DNA of 20,000 nucleotides from Perkinsus olseni (Eukaryota): NCBI GenBank assembly GCA_013115125.1, contig JABANN010000014.1, positions 123,539 to 143,538 of the forward strand, read 5' to 3'. Shown piece by piece: positions 15,698 to 20,000 of this stretch (position 1 is its first letter; each line of letters starts with the position of its first letter). The notes under the pieces were generated by a model. It saw only the letters and a program-made list of their open reading frames with translations, ran no database searches and was not told where the DNA came from. The position numbers and the translations under genes were made by a program.

Positions 15698-17647
15698 TCA
15701 AACACTGGGTTGGTGCTGTCCTCCACGCATGGCTGCAACAGCTCCCGATGACCAGGCGCTTGGTGCATCTCCAGCCCCGCGCGCCACCGCGCTGCCAGCA
15801 GCAGAAAGCCCTTGGCTTGACCGGGGTGGGGGCGACGGACTGAAGCCCGAACGGGGAAGGGACCCTAAGGAGACTCTGTATTCCACCACATATTTCGTTC
15901 TCCAGGTCTTACCTTGTTCATTCGAACCCTCACTGGGTCGCGGGGCCAGTAATGCCGAAGCATCGCGTTTGACCCCCGCTAAGGGTGGTGGCGGGCCATA
16001 CCCAAGGGTTGCAGCGTGGGCTGCAGCGGCTGCTAAGGCATCCACCCGAGCTGCTTGGGCTCGTACGGTCACCTGAGCAAACGTTGCACTGGAAGCCATT
16101 CACGGCCTACATAGACTGTACCCGATGCCACTCATCGCCCGACCGGTACACGCACTCCCCAGGTCGATCAACCTGGCGTATCCTCTCAAACAGTCCAACG
16201 TACTTCTTGGGGAAATGGAGACCCAACTGGACCCTATCATCTTGAGATTGCACAACTCCAACACCTGGGAAGGATCTAAAACACGAACGGGACAAATTGG
16301 CGCGCGAGACAAAAAAAGAGAAAAAGGTTCTATCGGGATTCGAACCCGAGTCGCAGGATTCAAAGTCCTGAGTGCTAACCAACTACACCATAGAACCCGA
16401 TGAAAACCCGGGTGGCCATATTGCATCCATAGGATAGCGTAGACTAACTTACAAAGCAACAGCCAATAGTCCCAATTGCTCTTGCTCCCAGTTTCTCAGC
16501 TCGAATAGAAGCGTATCCTTGTCTTGGCAGACGGCCAGATGACCCCTCCGACTGCACGCTATGCCTGACCACCAAGCCCTCGTCAGCAAGTAGCATAAAG
16601 ATCGATAACGACGCAGTATACGTTGTAAAGATTGCACCAACAGGCTGTCGGAGGAAGCACCCCTCAATGAACTCACCGACTGGCTGTGTCTGTTTCATGA
16701 GAGATATCAACGCAGATTGCATTTGGGCAGGTGTAACGATCCCAAAGGTTTGAGGCTTCGCCAACTCCAATGCGGCCCTCTGTAAAGCTTCGAAAGGCTG
16801 AAGGCGATATAACTCAAACTACTGTTCAGTCGCTCGCAGCCTCACCTCCTGTACGTTCTGTGGCACGTGAAATGTTCGGATCAGTTTCTCAGCCGCGTGC
16901 GTCGTTAAGGAGTGCATGATGTCTCCTGAGCTCAATCCAGTTACCACCCGACACTGCCGACATATTCACCATCGTACTAGCAGATGATCTCTCGAGCCCC
17001 CATCGCTGCACGAACTCCTCAATCTCCTGTTCTGTAGGTTTCGGAATAGTCGGCGGCGGGTCGCTGGACATGCGAACTGAAAGTGACGAGGTGACGCGAG
17101 TTACCAGAGACGACCATCCCACCCTTTCTAGCTTTCCAATAGTCCCTCAGTTCCCCGGGCCCATGAGCCTTGCGGCACTCTCTCCCCGGACACTGTGTGT
17201 CCGTGCAAGGCAGAGTTCGAAAGTGCGAGTCCTGTGCGATCGCCATGAGCAGGTTCTTGAAGGGTTGATGTCTGCCGCAGTTCTAAGGCCCAATAGCTAC
17301 AGCAAATATAGTATCGAGAGGCCGTATTACCTGGCAGTAGCGATAGAGCCGACCAGCGGTGACCACGCCCTCACAACCCGGAGAGGGACAGAGCCAGTCC
17401 CCGCGCTGGAAGGTGTACTCGTCCGGGAAACCAGCAGGCCTGCAAAATATCTCCCAGAGCATCGCGTCCCACTCCACCAAGCTTACTACCTGAACACTGC
17501 CTTCTTGCCCTCGCTGGCCGGACTTCGCTCCGCTCCCTTGGCTTCCGCTCCTTGATTCTCCTTTTGCCCCGGCGAGGTGTTATTACTACTCGTCTGTGTT
17601 GTTAAAGGGGATGGCGGTCCCTCTTCCGGTGAAGGGGCGGCCGACAT
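15698..17647 (-). CDS. Zinc-finger protein (RanBP2-type C4 plus CCCH finger), probable RNA-binding protein, multi-exon
   Basis: ATG at 17647 (MSAAPSPEEG...). The spliced product has QRGDWLCPSPGCEGVVTAGRLYRYCQNCG and FRTLPCTDTQCPGRECRKAHGPGELR, and an Ala/Pro-rich C-terminus. The 3' end is uncertain. Confidence 0.7.
16311..16325 (-). terminator. Pol III oligo-T terminator of tRNA-Gln
   Basis: TTTTT immediately at the tRNA 3' end, followed by a second run of seven T on the minus strand. Confidence 0.75.
16325..16397 (-). tRNA. trnQ-UUG: tRNA-Gln(UUG), intronless
   Basis: Sequence GGTTCTATGGTGTAGTTGGTTAGCACTCAGGACTTTGAATCCTGCGACTCGGGTTCGAATCCCGATAGAACCT. Acceptor stem GGTTCTA/TAGAACC, anticodon arm CAGGA-CTTTGAA-TCCTG, T-loop GTTCGAATC. 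Confidence 0.97.
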
Positions 17648-17735
17648 GAAAACTCAAGTCCTGATGCCTCGACTCGTACGCTCCCGCGGATAGCTCAAGC
17701 CAACAGCAGAATGAGAAACACACGTTTTCGATACA

Positions 17736-19666
17736 TTACTGCCCCTTCGAGTCACTGTCCCCTCGCTTGGCCTCCACAGCCCGGGCAAGCCGTGCTTCTT
17801 CAAACTTCTCCCATGTCTCTCTGAAAGACATGAGGAGCTTCACGTGACGGCGCATGGCGCCCTGACATTCCCCATCTCTCCAGAGACCGCCCAATACGCT
17901 ATTCAAGCTATAGGGCTCCAGAAAATATATCCCACCGTTGGTTGCCTACTCAGTAGCATTGGTCGGAGCAGGAATAAGGTTGGGGTCGAAGGGCTGGCCT
18001 GACCACAGTCTGAATAAGGGTCTACAGACAACAAGGTCATCGAACCTTTAAAGGGGCTATTGTCGGCATCCCAGGCGTCCTTCATGATCTCCTGCATTCG
18101 GATTTGATCACTTGTGGGTTTCCCTTGGGCCCTCTGGTTCTGGTCGAAGAGCATCTTCCGTACAGCTCCTTGGGACGCTGAGATAAGCCAACTCTCAGCA
18201 GCAACTCCGCTGCGCTGTCTTCGACGCATTCCCCAATGAGCCCAGCGGCGTCAGGCCAGTCCAAACCCCCGGCTCACACTCGTCCAGCTCCGAAACTGTT
18301 TTAGTCGACTCAACCTTAGTGGTGTCTATCTGCTCGTCCCCCCGCAGTACGCACTTCCACCAAGTATGGACTGCTTTGTCCAGTGACAGTATCAACTGAG
18401 GGGTGCTGGAGTAAAGGCACCAGGCGACCCTCGGCCAGAATGACAACTGCCTATCGTTACCTTATCGCCGTCCTCGATCAGCCATGAACTCTCCAATGGC
18501 ACGATGCTCATGTCGAGATCCCCCACCAACACGCTACTACCGTCTCCTTTATACTTGATACTAATGTTGTCTGGCTTGATAGTCTAACAGCAAAGCCAGA
18601 GCGCGTACAGGAGCCGTGGGAAAGTGCTACTAGCAGTGGCCTACCACACTTAGGTCTTTGCCTTTAGTATTAGCCCGCAATGACACCTCTACGGTGAGGT
18701 CGTTGAGCGTCTGAGTCCAATAGTACTTCGCAGTTCTCGCTCCATTCCAAGTACCTTCATCAGGTACCAGTGACCACTCAAACCTTTTACTTCCATACAG
18801 CGTAAATGTCGGTGGGAACGAAGACAGCCTACTTATGTGCTTTGCCCGATCAAGCGAGTCCGATGCATGGCCAGAGGTCTTGCCAGCATCAGCAGCACCT
18901 GCTTCGGAAACCACTGGAGTGGGGGGTGGACGGCTGGAGGATGAAGACGAGGAGGAGGAGGAGGAGGAGGAGGAGGAAGAGTTCTTGGCAGCCTACCCTA
19001 GAGGACCTAGGCTTACCGCCACTGCAACTCCTATTACCTTTTCACGTGCTGCTGGGGCTCTACCGTCCGCATCCTCGGGCCTTGGGGTGGATCCATCGGC
19101 CGACGACGACTGACTACGATTGTAAAAGCGACCAGGACCGTCCACCTGACACGATGGCTTGTCGAGCGGAGTCGAGTGGGCTCAGCTTCGATTCCTACCT
19201 TACGCCAGCGCTCCTTCAAAGGGTTTATCTCATCAGGTTCGTTCTGCTGGAGGTACTCCAACTGATACCGTCTCATGATGGATATTACCATATCCTCTGA
19301 GTATCCTGATGGCACTCACAGTGGGCACCATTTCCGCAAGGAGCTGCCCAAAGGGAAGGCGACCCGACGGGTGGTCAGACAGTACCCAGAGGGAATCCCA
19401 TTTTGTCCTCTTTAGACCTCATAACATGGTAGAGGTCAGTCTTCCGCCCGAAGAAACAAAAAATAGTATCCAGAAGATGCTCGATGCCCTGAGATCAACC
19501 TAAGATACATCTTCCCGTACCACCCCAGCCACCGAAGGCTGGAACCGAGGCCTAATACTAAGCGCGCTCATAGGGGCGGTACCTGATGTTGCTGGGCCAT
19601 GGCAAGGAGGAGGTCGTCGAATAAAAGTAGGGGCTCTGGCCTTGATGATCCACCGCTGCTGCTCAT
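17736..19666 (-). CDS. NudC-domain (CS/p23-like) co-chaperone, NUDCD3-like, multi-exon
   Basis: ATG at 19666. NudC-N region: LFDDLLLAMAQQHQ..GIEHLLDTIFCFFGRKTDLYHVM...MGFPLGYSEDMV. CS domain: TWNGARTAKYYWTQTLNDLTVEV..ESSWLIED..LILSLDKAVHTWWKCVLRGDEQIDTTKV. C-terminal region: GAVRKMLFDQNQRAQGKPTSDQ..AWDADNSPFKGQPFDP. Confidence 0.9.
18948..18977 (+). repeat. (GAG)n microsatellite encoding poly-Ser on the minus strand in the NudC linker
   Basis: About ten GAG units. The minus-strand exon frame reads AAKNSSSS...SSRPPPTPVVSEAG. Confidence 0.8.
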
Positions 19667-20000
19667 TCAACGGAATAAATTCAAAAAGAGATTACTGTGT
19701 AAGATGAGAGTAGAAGGGGGAACGCAAGAGGCAACCCGTAACGTGCACAACTGCTCTCATAATGATAGTCTCATTCCGTGCGTTAACGCGCTCCAGGCCA
19801 CCAAAAGAAACGCCCATTCTCCGAGTGCCCCCATTGGAACCACCAACTCTTCCATTCTGAGCCGCCATCATCAGCGCTCGCCCCTCGCGCTCGCCTCCAA
19901 GATTTGCGTTCAGACACAGAGGACTTTGGGCCTCTTTCACTAACCCCTTACTTAACTTAAAACAGTAAAAAACTTAAGAAACTAAGGTAAGATCGTTTCA

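Noticed and set aside
15486-15730. Fusion of the zinc-finger gene to the Hog gene through an intervening small exon
   Set aside because: It would need a weak GAG acceptor and there is no direct support. It cannot be fully excluded without transcript data.
18806-19300. + strand ORFs with poly-Arg or poly-Glu
   Set aside because: They are antisense shadows of the poly-Ser microsatellite in the NudC gene.
19692-19940. 82-aa minus-strand ORF upstream of NudC
   Set aside because: No recognisable similarity. It could be UTR, intergenic sequence, or the tail of a gene outside the window.

Overview
Compact, intron-rich eukaryotic genomic DNA with many short GT-AG introns of about 40-130 nt. The gene style suggests a Perkinsus-like alveolate (inference). 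All gene models were spliced and translated by hand, so exon boundaries are approximate. The + strand carries a 5'-truncated UPF2 (NMD factor) and a RECQL4-type RecQ helicase. The - strand carries a tightly packed run of five genes: a NudC/NUDCD3-like co-chaperone, a RanBP2+CCCH zinc-finger protein hosting an intronic tRNA-Gln(UUG), a Hedgehog-type Hint/Hog autoprocessing protein, CFAP161, and a hypothetical gene. The most notable finds are (1) the Hog protein, whose catalytic Cys1 is hidden behind an intron and whose cargo is an unrecognised, signal-peptide-less, His-rich peptide of about 71 aa, and (2) a MITE of about 315 bp with perfect inverted ends inside a UPF2 intron.
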